Shown piece by piece: positions 37,121-51,215 of a stretch of DNA of 64,000 nt (its first letter is position 1; every line of letters begins with the position of its first letter). The stretch spans positions 37,770,464 through 37,834,463 of the forward strand of contig NC_043011.1 in the NCBI RefSeq assembly GCF_006345805.1, read 5' to 3'. Position numbers and translations under genes: made by a program. Origin of the DNA: Octopus sinensis (taxonomy: Eukaryota). The notes beneath the pieces were generated by a model. That model made no database searches. It was given only the letters and a program-made list of their open reading frames with translations, and was not told where the DNA came from.

Positions 37121-37602
37121 TTGCTGCGGGGTACATCGGACGTATAAGCTATTTTGAAAACATTTCTTTAAACCCGTTCATGCCTTCTTTCCGGTTTACA
37201 TTTTATTCCAACTTGTTAATAGAAACACCAGGATCCTGTCACTGTGTTTCTGTTTTTCTCTTTTTTTGTTGGTCCCCTCGCTGGGATATATTTGTCTACA
37301 ACCCACGCACCCAAATAAGTTCGGTTGGCGTTTAATCATATATAGTTGAACAAGATGGCGGAACGCATCTTGAAGAAATTAAGCAAAACACTGTCCCTCC
37401 CGCAAGTCTAGTGACTGATGAAGATTTCCCTCCCCTTCCATCCGTTACTGGCAACAATACAAAAGAGGAGAAAAATGAGGGAGAAGAGTACGAATTCCAC
37501 TGAGCAGTGGCAGCAGTGGTAACATCGACAACAGCAGTAGAAGTTGTGACAGCAAGAGCGGTAGCAGTGACAGCGGCAGCAGCAAGCAGCAGCTGCAGCA
37601 TC

Positions 37603-37640
<38 letters not shown>

Positions 37641-39045
37641 CAACAACAACGCGAGAAACTGCATGGAGCAGCAGCAGCGACGGCAAAGACAGTAGTATCA
37701 GTTAGTGATTTCGTTAACAATGCTACAGATTTTAACGGAAAAAAATAATGCCACATTTGAAGGCGGAGTGGATGGAAATAGTGGTGAGTGTTGTAGCGAT
37801 CACAACGAGAGAAATATTTGCCATCGCACTCGATTACAAAACACGTGAACTCTCAAAAAAAAAGACATCATGAAATTTGAGTAGGTAAGACAGAAATGCT
37901 CGTGCCTCACGAAACAAGAGAGGCAAAAGAAAAGACAGTCTATTTGAAATGCGTATCCCACATAAGTAGGAGAACCAAAATAGTCTCCAGCAGTCGCGTT
38001 GAGAAGGCCCTCACAAAAAATTTAATACATGTGGCCCATATACAGAGAGGGAGGCAGTTTGCCAGCATTGAGGTCCTCTTTAAAAATGAATATCTCACGC
38101 AAAGACATGCAGTGTTACCCCGTTGGACTGAAGAGTGGGTCCTATATCCTACCTAACTTTCAAGGAGTCGACCAGAATAAGAGTAATGGGCATGACATGT
38201 AGTGGATTGTCGCCTGTGTGGTGCGGGACCCAGAGTCATTCCTGGACGTAAAATGAAGCAGTAGGGAGTTCTGGTTCGGGATCAACTTGGGAATATGTAA
38301 AGCCAGAAATATCGAAAAGATCCCGTACCTCATCCAACTGCCCAACCATGTGGAACTTCATGTCGTTGTAGAAGTTAGGGAGCCCAAATGCGACATACGT
38401 GGGGCCACAAGCCACCTGAAAGCCTTCTTCCTCAAAAGTTGGAAGGTACGCGGGCACATATAAAGCCTATATCGCATCTCCAATAATATCAACGGCAACA
38501 TCAGAGACCTTTCAACAAAACCGCAGTCTTATCCCCAACAACAGTGGTGGCATATGAACCCAATACAAAGGAGAAAGCCACCCCGGATATCTGTCAAACT
38601 AGCACCATCTCACCCTTTCCATCAAGCATACACTCACACATACACTTTCACGATATCGACGACCTCGAGACGGATCCTACAGACATAACTCCTTCCTAAT
38701 CCTACAGTGACGACGAGGAAGAACCTTACGTAAAATACAAAGGAAATAGAAGACAAATCTACAACACCGGAAAACACAGAAACGCCCAGCACATCGAACA
38801 TAGACACCAGCAATGCCATCCCCACAACCACCATCACCTCGTGTGAATGGGCCTACTCTGAATTTTCGTCTGTTTGCCGGAGCAGTTGCGGGAGTGACCA
38901 GGATGTGTGGGGTGCCCTGTTTTTTTATTGTTTACACTTTTCTATTTTAAACCTGATTTGTCTCTTGTTTTGTATTGTCCCTATACCTTTTTACCTCCGG
39001 CCATTCTGGCCAATTAATAAAGGATTATTATTATTATTACTATTG
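37120..39045 (+). mobile_element. L1/Tx1-type element with decayed ORF1 followed directly by 3'UTR and (ATT)n tail (ORF1-only, HAL1-like candidate)
   Basis: ATG at 37355 (aagATGG), DEDFPPLPS, IQRGRQFASIEV.F, then NIEKIPYLIQLPNHVELHVVVEVREPK and zinc knuckle CDIRGATSHLKAFF (38389-38430), two substitutions from CX2CX4HX4C. No APE or RT motif seen before the tail. Confidence 0.65.
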
Positions 39046-39064
39046 TTCAGTAGTCTTATTTTTA

Positions 39065-39243
39065 TCACGTACTTATTTCTTTATTACCTACAAGGGGCTA
39101 AGCACAGAGGGGACAAACAAGGACAGACAAACGGATTAAGTCAATTATACCAGTGCATAACTGGTACTTATTTAATCGACCCCAAAAGGATGAAAGGCAA
39201 AGCATTTCGCCCGGCGTACTAACGTTTCTGCCAGCTCATGGCC

Positions 39244-39284
<41 letters not shown>

Positions 39285-39470
39285 GGCAGAATTATTTTCA
39301 CATCGGGCAAAATGCTTAGAAGCATTCCTTCCGGGACTTTACGTTTTGAGTTCAAATACCGCCGACGTCAACTTTAGCCTTCGTCATCTCAGGATCGATG
39401 AAGTAAGCGCCAGTCAAGTACTAACCCCGACTCCCACTAAAATCGCTGGCCTTGAGCCAAAATTTTGAAA
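39065..39470. mobile_element. Two SINE family 2 copies, divergently oriented around a (TTA)n tract
   Basis: Minus copy at 39065-39243 and plus copy at 39283-39470. Confidence 0.8.
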
Positions 39471-40989
39471 GAATTATTGTATCTATTATCCTTTCTATTA
39501 TAGACACAAGGCCTGAAATTTTAGGGAAGCTGGACTAATCAATTAGATTTTTCTTTGTTTCATACAACAGAAAAAGTGATCCTGAAAAATTTCACCTTTT
39601 TTTACATATTTGTCTCTCTTTGGTTGCACCTCTTATTACAATTTTGTTAATGACGAGTTTTCCAAGCATCCATTCAGTAGCTAATAATTTGTTCAGTTTT
39701 AAACAATACTACGTTTTCGCGAATTAAATGCTAGTTAGTAACTTCCATAACATACTGAGGCACAGGATCGATAGATAACCCCTTCTGCGCTTTTGTCTAC
39801 AGGGGTTTACAAAATGAATTCGCTCGTAACACAACCACAGACTACGATTCCCAGTCATTCAAATAAATTGGTTCTAAAAGGATTAGAGATGTTTTATTCA
39901 AAGGCGCCGGAGCCAATCTGATCAGGGGTCTTCCCAATGAGGTCGTGTCTTCATTTGATTTACGAAAGAACGTCAAGTTATAGACTACCTAGTACACAGA
40001 GAGACGAAATTCTTCCCTCTATCTTTGCCGTTCGCTCTTGGCAAGTCAGCAAATCCTGTATGCAATACCACTTGTGATTAAGCACATACACAATGTAAAC
40101 TTTTGAACAATCATTTCGCACAGTGGAGAGAATTATTATGCCACGAGGAAGAGAAAATAAAATTTTCAAGCAGGATTCGTCCTTCCAGAGGCGTGATGTT
40201 TCTTCCCCTGTTTATATTCTTCCTTCGACCGCCGAAGACATTCAAGAGGAAGTGCATTCGACTGTTACGCTAGATTTCGTAAAATGAAACTATATTAAGT
40301 ATGTCTTTATACTTTCGCTTTAAAATCTTAGAAAGAATGGTTAACTGCTATTCATAGAAGTTAGTTTTTCTATCAAAGTTGATGTCTCTAACTATCTACA
40401 AGGAATGTGTCCTAAGTATTTGTAATGCTTCCGCTTTTGTAAAGATCGCAGTTTATCTCTAACCTAATTTCATGGACCTTTAGACCAATCTAAGATTCCT
40501 CATGAAATACCAACCATAAACTTATCAAGTTTCATTACGTTTGTTTATACAATTCTATCGTATAACAAATATCTTTTTAGTCATCACACACACACACACT
40601 CACAAGCGCGCACGCACTGGCACAGAAGTAGGTACACACACTGACTCTCTCTAACTCTGTCTCTCCTTCTCTCTATTTCCACAGAGTTTTATCTATCTCT
40701 GCCTTTCTAGCTCGTTCGTTTTTCGTATCTTTTGTTCTATTTATCCAACGCTCCGCTGCCACTTCACGGGTATTCTGCTAAGTTGGTGATTTCACATTTT
40801 GCTTCTGTTCAATTTATTTAGTGGAATACGTACTTAGCATAATACAACATGGCTGACGCTGTATTATGAGAAGATAATCATGGCACAAAAGATTTCTCCA
40901 CAAAAATATTCTCTTTCAATTTGAGCGTTAAATTACCGACATGAATTAGCTTCTCATTTCATTTCTAAAATGAATACATCTAAATTGAT

Positions 40990-41632
<643 letters not shown>

Positions 41633-42548
41633 ATATTATATTTAGCTGAAAATGTCTAAGACAACCAATAAAATATGAACATGAAATGAAAAAGAAGCGT
41701 AGCAATTGAATACGAGAATAACATTATAATGTTCACTAGAGCTACTGAATGATTGAGATAAATTTTGTGTTCCAATATCATTTAAAAGGATGTTGAATAA
41801 ATGAGAGAAAAAACGTGTACAATTAGCGTCGAGTTGCTTTTATTAATGAGTTGTAACTAAATAGGTATTAGTGATTTTGTGTTGAAGTTAACAAAACATT
41901 CATGCTGCGATGGGGAGATAGCAAGAAGGAAAGAGAGGTAGGAAGAGATAGACGGGAATGAAGGTAGAGAGAAAGAGAGAGAAAAAAAGCGAGGCATATA
42001 AAAAGGGAGACAGACAGACAGAGATTTTAAGTAAATGGAATTTACTTCATTCTGATTGCATGCTTTGGATTAGTAAATATTTAATTAGGCTGTTAATGTG
42101 CTCAGATGAAGTGTTAGCAAAGCTTTTTAGATTTTTGTTTTAAACCGTATTCTAAAAAGGTTTCTTGTTTTTATTTTCAATTTTTTGTTTTTAGTTTAGC
42201 TTTTGTTTTTCAGGAAAATCATATTTTCTGAATTAGTTGCAAAATTATACTTTTACTCTTGTTCTATTTATTTTTTTGTTGTAAATTTACTTCAGCTGTC
42301 TAAAGGGCCCCACCAGTGTATAATACAAATAGTAGAATTTGTGGAAACATATGTAATACAAGAAATATTTGAAAGCTAACTAAAACTAATTTTGCACGCA
42401 AGAAAACGGATTGAAAAATTTACAAATCAATAGCAAATAATATTTCTAATACATTAAAATACAATGGCTATTGAGGCGACTATAATACTGAAGCATTGGC
42501 GGAGTTGTCTGTCTTAAATACCAAAGTAAATGAATTTATACAAGCGAT

Positions 42549-42825
42549 GTAGAGGCACATGGCCTAGTGGTTAGAGCAGCGGACTCGCAGTCGTGGGATC
42601 ACGAGTTCGAATCTCAGACCGGGTGATGTGTGTGTTTATGAGCGCAACACCTAAGCTCCACGCGGCTCCGGCAGAAGGTAATGGCGAACTTCTGCTGAAT
42701 CTTTCGCTACAACTTTCTCTCACCTGCGACGGACCGGCGTCCAGTCCAGGTGGGGAACCTATACGCCAAGAAAACCGGGAAACTGGCCCATATGAGCAAG
42801 TCATGGCTCGAGAAGGAACAAGAAT
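42549..42825 (+). mobile_element. tRNA-headed SINE, family 3
   Basis: TGGCCTAGTGG A box and AGTTCGAATC B box. Body matches 7661-7970 with an internal deletion. Confidence 0.85.
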
Positions 42826-42979
42826 ACCACCGATAGGTAGAGGTGTGGCTGTGTGGTAAAAAAGTCCATTCTTATCATTCGATTGTTTACAAGTATTGTT
42901 AAATTCGCGGGAAATTTGTTCGTTTTTACCTACTGTTTTGAGATGGCCTTGGTTAAATAAAGTCAGACTATATTCACTT

Positions 42980-43155
42980 CAAATTTCTTAGGGAAGGGGA
43001 TCAGTTTATAATATCTACTCCAGTGTTCAACTCATACCAACTGTATCGACCCTGAAATAATGAAAGGCAAAGGCGACCTCAGCAGAATATGAACTCAGAG
43101 CATGTAGACAGACGAAATGCCGCTAAGCATTTTCCCCGATGCGTTAACTATTCTG
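42980..43155 (-). mobile_element. SINE family 2, degenerate
   Basis: ATCGACCCTGAAATAATGAAAGGCAAAGGCGACCTC...GAACTCAGA...GAAATGCCGCTAAGCATTTT. Confidence 0.75.
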
Positions 43156-43841
43156 TCTTAAGGTCTGGTTATATTATTCGATACCTATCAAAGACAGTGA
43201 AAGAAGGAAATTTGACAGAAGTTATTGTCAGGAATTTTCACCAATCATTTGGCTGAAAGCATTGCCGGCTTTCGTCCAGTGTCACAAGACGAATAATACA
43301 TGCTGAGCAGCGTATAACACCAGAAAATGTACATGCTATCAAACGTAACACGTTCATGCCAGGATAGAATAAATACTGAACATAAAAGAACGAAAGGGAA
43401 GTAGGGACAGAGAGAGATAGATTAATAAAGAGTAATTCTACATCGAATACTTTTAGACATGTGTTCATACGCATGCAAACGGGTGAATATGTGCGGCCAT
43501 CTGTGTGCATATGTGAGCGCGTATGTAGAGAGAGTATACCGCTCTATGTATTGTATTTAATCATGATTCAATGTATATCTTTCTAAACATCTTACAGTGA
43601 TTCAGGGAGAAATTTCATAATACTAGGTTACGGCGTAAAACGCAATATACAGGTATACAAAATGTTATTCAGTACGAGTTACACCTTTTGTTAAAACAGT
43701 ATAAATGAATTATATATGTACACACACGTACACAGACACACATTTATAATATGTATATATTTAAAAACATATTTATATATATATCATTATATATATACAT
43801 ATATATTTACATACATATATGTGTGTATAGATAGATAGATT

Positions 43842-43877
<36 letters not shown>

Positions 43878-43927
43878 ATTTATAATATACCTTTATATGA
43901 TATATATTCACCATAAATGCACTGCAA

Positions 43928-44008
<81 letters not shown>

Positions 44009-44107
44009 TATGTATATATATAAACATGGTGTATACAGATGTAGTGTGTGTGTGTGTGTGCGTGTGTCTGCCTGTCTTTGTGTTTTTGTGTGTGTTTGAG
44101 TGTGCTT

Positions 44108-44147
<40 letters not shown>

Positions 44148-44619
44148 ATCTATACTTCATGTATTCATATACGTTAGTGAAGCTTCGCCAAGAAGAATCT
44201 TCCTAGCGGCTCATTGATCAATATTTTAGAGTGATATAAACAAATATAACGTTATATAAGCCAGCTGAATTAAAAACAATCGATTGCATACACATTGCAA
44301 TAAACCTGTACTATAATAGGAAACTATTGTGTTTTATGAAAACTCTGTGTATTTAGAAGAATCAAGCATGACATTCTTCATCGACGTAGCAAATAAAAGA
44401 AAATTGTTATTAAAGAAAGTTTTGTACACCATAAACAGTGCTTAAGCCTCCGAGTGCAAATATTATGCTGAATGCTTTTAGAATTTGAAACTTTTCTTTT
44501 TCTTATGTACAGTATTCACAGAAGATTTGCGCCAAGAAGTACTCAGGTAACCCATAAGTACAGCTGACTCACTCCCCCCTTTCCCTCGGCATCTTTATAT
44601 ATCTACATGATATTTATTA

Positions 44620-44746
44620 TATATATATATATAAATGCATGTATGTATTTACACACACGCATAAATATATATATACATTTTTTATAGATAGATAGAAACG
44701 GGTGTATGTATGTATATATATATATACATACATATATATATCTATA

Positions 44747-44784
<38 letters not shown>

Positions 44785-44812
44785 TATATACATACATATA
44801 TATATATATACC

Positions 44813-44843
<31 letters not shown>

Positions 44844-44969
44844 TATATATATATACATATATATATACATACATATACATATATACACACACACATATAT
44901 ATATATACATACATATACATATATATACACACATATATATAATATATATATATATATATATAATATATA

Positions 44970-45000
<31 letters not shown>
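44620..45000. repeat. Degenerate (TA)/(TACA) tract
   Basis: Direct reading. Confidence 0.95.
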
Positions 45001-45002
<2 letters not shown>

Positions 45003-45150
45003 AGTCCTCTCCAAATATATTAATGATATTTGTACGCATACAGTTTGATAAATATACAAGCTGATTTAAGAGCAAAACTCATTTTAGGAAGAATGTTATA
45101 TAGTTTTCTTTTTGTGCTAACCAGAGATGATGGGGTCGTCTAAAGGAGAA

Positions 45151-45182
<32 letters not shown>

Positions 45183-45729
45183 TATGTGTAAGAAAGAAAG
45201 AAAAATGAAAGAGGCTAAGAATAATGGGAGACCAAGGGGGAAAGAAAAAGATAAGTTATGCTTTTTTATTGCGGGAGATGGATAAGTTCTTCCATGTTTT
45301 GACAGTAACGTCGCACGTATAAAATGAGATGTTTGCAAAGATGTGATGTAACTTATTATTCAAGGTTGTTAGCGATTATATGACGCAAGTTATGGCGGAA
45401 AATAATGTTAGTTAAGTGAAGAAAAAAACGCTAGCGAAAAAAAATATTAAAAAGCATTATAATTCCAGTAAACTGTTGGATAAGCAGTTCTGCTGCTTAA
45501 ACAGATAAAACAATATGGCGTCTATATTTATTTTTAAGGTTTGTCAAAGTCAAATAGGAGATTTACATTCACTATAGATTTAAAAGAAATCGTAGTATGC
45601 TATGAATCTCGTAGATATCAAGGTCAACTTCGGCTTTATTCTTAATGTTCTTCATTATAATATAAATAGATTATATAATATAAATAATAGACTGGAAAAT
45701 AGTCCTACTCCAACTACAACTTCTACGAC

Positions 45730-45732
45730 TGC

Positions 45733-45783
<51 letters not shown>

Positions 45784-45848
45784 TAATGATAATAATTATA
45801 ATAATAATAATGATAATATTGATAATAATAATAATAATAATAATAATG

Positions 45849-45896
<48 letters not shown>

Positions 45897-46086
45897 TTGA
45901 TAATAATGATAATAATAATAACAACAACAACAATAATAATATTAACAATAATAATAATAATATAATAATAATAATAATAAAAATTATTGAATAATAATAA
46001 TAAAAATAAAAACTACTGAATAATATAAATGGCGGTGCCCCAGCATGGCCACAACTCGTGAGCTGAAACTAGAGAAAATAAAATAA

Positions 46087-46148
<62 letters not shown>
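45730..46148. repeat. Long (AAT)n tracts containing a ~55-bp orphan CR1-type 3' end at 46031-46085
   Basis: Direct reading. GGCGGTGCCCCAGCATGGCC...GCTGAAACTAG plus (AAAAT)n matches the 3' end of the CR1-like LINE. Confidence 0.85.
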
Positions 46149-46149
<1 letters not shown>

Positions 46150-46486
46150 TGGTCAAGGTTAACGTTAGATGTTTCTGTCATTTTTCCTTTGATAAAGGTA
46201 GCCTTTGCACATTTATCGAGGCCGAATTGCATTCTGATGTCGTCACTGAATTGTTTGACTATCGCTAGTAAGCCCTTGAATTGTTTGACTATCGCTAGTA
46301 AGCCCTTGAATTGTTTGACTATCGCTAGTAAGCCCTTGAATTGTTTGACTATCGCTAGTAAGCCCTTGAATTGTTTGACTATCGCTAGTAAGCCCTTGAG
46401 TTGTTGATCATGAATTGTTTGACTATCGCTAGTAAGCCTTGAGTTGTTGATCATGATTGTTGACTATCGCTAGTAAGCCCTTGAGT
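46149..46486 (-). mobile_element. Inverted duplication of the 5' end of the adjacent R4/Dong copy, with 30-bp x5 and ~44-bp x2 stutters
   Basis: Reverse complement of 46489-46718. TGAATTGTTTGACTATCGCTAGTAAGCCCT starts at 46247, 46277, 46307, 46337 and 46367. Confidence 0.9.
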
Positions 46487-46488
46487 AA

Positions 46489-48347
46489 TGATCAACAACT
46501 CAAGGGCTTACTAGCGATAGTCAAACAATTCATGATCAACAACTCAAGGGCTTACTAGCGATAGTCAAACAATTCATGATCAACAACTCAAGGGCTTACT
46601 AGCGATAGTCAAACAATTCAGTGACGACATCAGAATGCAATTCGGCCTCGATAAATGTGCAAAGGCTACCTTTATCAAAGGAAAAATGACAGAAACATCT
46701 AACGTTAACCTTGACCAACAGAATGTCATAAAAGAACTAGACCCAGCGGAGAGCTACAAGTACCTAGGGGTAATTGAAGGGAACGGAATAAGGCATTCAG
46801 AGATGAAGGAAAGGATCAGGAGAGAATGCTATCGAAGAGTGAGAGCAATACTCAAGACAGAGCTGAATGCAAGAAACAGGATCGAAGCAATCAATGCATT
46901 AGCTATACCAGTCGTGACTTACAGTTTCAATATTGTTAACTGGTCAATTACTGAAATATGTCAGCTCGACAGAAAAATAAGGAAACTGTTGACAATGCAT
47001 AGAATGCACCACCCTAAGGCAGATACAGAACGACTCTATCTGCCAAGAAAAGAGGGAGGCCGTGGTCTTTTGCAACTGGTAATAACAATGAAGATTGCTA
47101 CAATTGGCCTAGACACCTACCTGAAAAACTCTGAGGACTGGATGTTAAAACTTGTCTCAAAACATGAAAACAAGAAAGCATCATACTCAGTCACAAAACA
47201 GGCAAAGGAATATCTAAGTGAATTCCGAATACAACCAATTTCGGAATTAGAGATAGACATACAAGAAACAAGCACAGAAAAAGCTAGGCGCATGAAAACC
47301 CGTGACAAAACTGCGGCCTTAGATATTCTGAATAATAAATGGTAAGAAAAACCTCTTTATGGCAAATACCCAAAGAGAGCGAATAATGCAGATATCGACA
47401 AAGCCCTGACCCATCAATGGCTAATGGCCTCTGGCTTAAAATCTGAAACAGAGGGGTTTATCATAGCAGCTCAAGATCAATGCCTACCAACAAGAAACTA
47501 CCAGGCCAACATATTAAAGATCAGAAGCAGTCCAACGTGTCGTGTATGCAAGCAACAAAATGAAACCATTGACCATGTGGTCTCCAAGTGCAGTCTTCTA
47601 GCGCCTACAGAGTATCTCAACAGGCACGATAGAGCTGCACAATATATTCACTGGGTAATCTGTAAAAACCTGGATTTGCCCCATGAAAAAAACTGGTGGG
47701 AACACAAACCACCCCCAGTGCTTGAAAATGACCACATCTCACTCCTCTGGAACGTCACCATTCAAACTGACAGGAGATAGATGCAAATAGGCCAGACATC
47801 ATATTGAAAGACTTCAAACAAAGAACATGCCTCCTCATTGATATGACTGTCCCAATCGATATAAACGTATCTGTCAGGACCTACCAAAAACTGAGCAAAT
47901 ATAAAGATCTTGAAATAGAAATCAGCAAAATGTGGAAGCTGAAGACTAAAACAATACCTGTTGTCATAGGTGCCCTGGGAATGATAGCAAAAGGGGCTGA
48001 TAGCTACCTAACTCAGATACCAGGAAACCCAAAAATGGCAGAAGTTCAAAAGATAGTGCTCATGGGAACTGCTCATATCCTACGCAAAATACTCTCTATG
48101 TAACCTCAAGGTTTAAAACAACCATAATTTTCGGTTTAAAAAAAAAAAAAAAAAAAAAAAACTTTTTTTTTTTTTAGACATTCATTAGTACAACATCCCC
48201 ACCCCCCAAATATATGGCACACTAGGCATAACAACAACATGAACTTCCAACCCTGTTGTCTCTTGAGGTCTCTGGGTGAGACTTGGAGCCAACTTGTACA
48301 AATATAAAGCAAAAGTCAAACATAGAATAATAATAATAATAATAATA
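46489..48347 (+). mobile_element. Young 5'-truncated R4/Dong-clade retrotransposon (RT C-terminal half, CCHC finger, RLE endonuclease, 3'UTR, (AAT)n tail)
   Basis: FSDDIRMQFGLDKCAK; YKYLG; RLYLPRKEGGRGL; CRVCKQQNETIDHVVSKC; RPDIILKD...CLLIDMTVP; KLSKYKDL; VVIGALG; GTAHILRK* at 48103. One in-frame stop (47343-47345) and one frameshift near 47778. Confidence 0.95.
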
Positions 48348-48349
48348 CT

Positions 48350-49330
48350 CGCTTCAAATTTTACCACAAAAGCAGCCATGGAAAAAATAGAAATTTATGG
48401 AACAAAACGATATTTTCCCCACTGAACAAAAAGAGTGCCGACGAGGATCATATGGATGCAAAAGCCAATGCTTAATCAATCGCATGGTCCTTGAGAAATT
48501 TCATAACAAAACCAGAAATCTCAGTTCTGCATGGGTTTGTTCTGAAAACGCCATCGACAGCATACTGCATTCATGGGTGTTGAAATCGTTGGATATTTCT
48601 CCTGTGGTTTTTAAACTTCCTGAAGCACATCTCACTGTGGAATACAAATCTCCAGTTATACCACTCTAATGGAGTAGTAACCATAACATTTTTTTTATCA
48701 TTGCGCCACTTTCCAAGGTGACTCACTTTCACCTCTAGTTTACGGCGTAGCGTTCATATTCCTTACAAATGAAATTAACCGATCAGGGTATGGATATAAA
48801 TTTGGTGACAAGATAATGAGTCATCTATTTTATATGGATTACTTAAAACCCTATGACTGAGACAATAATGAACTACTACATACTGTGAGATGCAATGATT
48901 CAGTGCCATCACCTGACCAGAAAACGGAAATCGGACATTGTTCTGGCGAATAAAAAAGAAAGAACATGCATGGTAATCTACATAACATGACCCAGTGACA
49001 ATAGGATCAATGAGAAAGAAGAGGAAAAAATAAGCTACTATGATGATTTGAAGTGGGAAATACGAAGGTTGTGTTCAAAGAGCAGAATAGAAGTGATACC
49101 ACTTGGCGCACTTCGAAGTATCCGCATTCAAATGCCAACATGACTGGAAAAACATTGGTGCAGGTTTTATGGTAGAACACATTAAAAAATCAGCATTGCT
49201 TGGGAGTTCAAGAATTCTCCGCAGGGTTCTTGAAGCATGACCAGTAAACAAATGTCCCTTTAGTCTGTTGGTTGTGCACATCAGACACTTTCCATTAACC
49301 CCAGTAAAATAACAACAGAATTTGCTGGAA
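48350..49330 (+). mobile_element. Older, internally deleted R4/Dong fragment
   Basis: EQKECRRGSYGCKSQCLIN (RT), RKRKSDIVLANKKERTCM, and LKKSALLGSSRILRRVLEA* near 49185-49240. Confidence 0.8.
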
Positions 49331-49339
49331 AAAATAGGT

Positions 49340-50135
49340 GGCATTTGTTGATGAAAGGAACCCTAAAAAAGAGACCGAAGGCACTATACTGGCAGTGCAA
49401 GACCAAGTTCTGGCCACGAACTAGAGGGTCAACCTGGAGAACGGGCCAATTGTTTCCGCTGTGCTGCACCTGCAATAGAGTGGATGAGACCATTGCCCAT
49501 ATCACGAACGGATACCCTAGACTTGCCCAAAACCACTACTAGTTGTGGTATCATGATCAGGCAGCGAAAATGTTACGATGGAAACAGTGCGAAAAGTGGG
49601 GGCTAGAGAGTGGCAAGACGTGGTATGATCTCAGACCGGAGAGTGGCAGAGTCAGAGACTAGCAAAATCCTCTTGGATTTTCCAATCGAAACATATCAGG
49701 GGCTAGAGCATAGCAGACCAGACCTAGTGGTGGTGGACAAGGTGCACCACATATGCTATATATTTGATGTTCCATGTCCCTTTGTCCCACGAATAATCAT
49801 GAAGGAAAACGAAAAGATAGATAAATACGACACTTTAAGTACGAAATAGCCCGGCTATGGAAAATGAAAAAGGTGAAGATAATGTGAATTATTTTTGGGT
49901 CCTTGGGAACAGTATAAGAAGACATCAAGAAGAATATAAAGGAAATTGCAATAGAGAGTTCAGTAGTACTATTACAAAAGTTTTGCCTCTTCGACACGGC
50001 TAGAATAATCAGGAAAGTATCAGATAACTGAAAAGAATGAATAGCATTGTACCTGAGGCTGCAGGTAGCAAGTCCGCTTCGCATGCAAGACTGCAAAAGC
50101 TTCAACAAAACCTGTGATAAAGAGAAAATAATAAT
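49340..50135 (+). mobile_element. Decayed R4/Dong 3' fragment
   Basis: LKKETEGTILAVQDQVL; LEHSRPDLVVVDK...CYIFDVPCPF; FCLFDTARIIRKV; 3'UTR then AAT. Confidence 0.8.
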
Positions 50136-50222
50136 GATAAATGGAATCTTATAGAGCTCAAACGCTTGGACAGGAAGACATCTAGCTACTAACATCAAAG
50201 AACGTACCACACAAAAGCATAC

Positions 50223-50293
<71 letters not shown>

Positions 50294-50294
50294 G

Positions 50295-50560
50295 TAGCAG
50301 CAACGCGAGTGAAACATAAAGGTTATTCCTATTGACATCTGAGTATTTGGTTCAATATGACCCAATCTGAAAAGACATCTGAAAACACCCTACAATCTAG
50401 TTGTATTGTGAAAGTTGGCATTACTTGGAACTGCACGCATATTGCGTAAAGTACTGTCTGTCTCGAGTGCTTCTTGTGACTTGCCCGACAGTACAAACAC
50501 CCGGTAGACACAATATCTTCAGTCAACAACCTCACGATATTGCATACTGTGCGACCTCTC

Positions 50561-50615
<55 letters not shown>

Positions 50616-50617
50616 TA
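50295..50617 (+). mobile_element. R4/Dong 3' end with (AAT)n tail
   Basis: ...LALLGTARILRKVLS near 50420-50460, then 3'UTR and (AAT)n at 50561-50617. Confidence 0.75.
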
Positions 50618-50639
50618 CGAAGAAGAAGGAGGAGGAGGA

Positions 50640-51215
50640 TAAATGAAAGTGAAAACGAAACACTAGAGTAACAAACTGGCTCAAAACGAGGCAAAATAAC
50701 GTAGTTAGGTATAGCCATTGGAGATGGGACATGAATTGGAATGACCATAAACCAAAAGGCATTACAGAGAATAATGATTATAACATCTTGTAGGATCTTA
50801 TAATCCCTTATTAATTAATTATTAATTCTCAGAGACCAGACATTGTTGTAGATGATAAAAGGGAAATCAAGATTTTAGACATTACCATACCTGGGGGATG
50901 TACGGGTGGATGACAAAGAACTAGAAAAAACTGAAAACTACAAGCCACTAGAAGTTAAGATTACACGAATGTAGAGAATGAAGTAAGGAACTCTAAATCC
51001 AGGAGTTGCTGAAGAATCGAAACCATTAGCAAGCAGATTTGAGAAATTTGGTATTTCTCCATGCGCTGTTGGGGACAGCAAGGATTTTGAGATTGGATCG
51101 TGGATGTTGAGTATCGTAGAAAGAGACCCTGTGAGATTCTTGACAACAGCTTGTTTCCCGCTCTTATAGAATTAGCAGGAGCAAGCGAAATCAAGAGCTC
51201 GGACAAGGGAAATAG
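50640..51215 (+). mobile_element. Decayed R4/Dong 3' fragment
   Basis: RPDIVVDDK...LDITIPG...DKELEKTENYKPL near 50835-50950. Confidence 0.7.

Noticed and set aside
38236-38457. 73-aa minus-strand ORF
   Set aside because: It is the antisense shadow of the plus-strand ORF1 zinc-knuckle region.
39800-39950. Possible splice acceptor (CTTTTGTCTACAG) followed by a short ATG frame
   Set aside because: The frame closes after about 35 codons, with no recognisable protein and no supportable donor or partner exon.
46247-46620. 30- and 44-bp repeats superficially like a CRISPR array
   Set aside because: There are no unique spacers and no cas genes. The units are contiguous pieces of the retrotransposon RT coding sequence.
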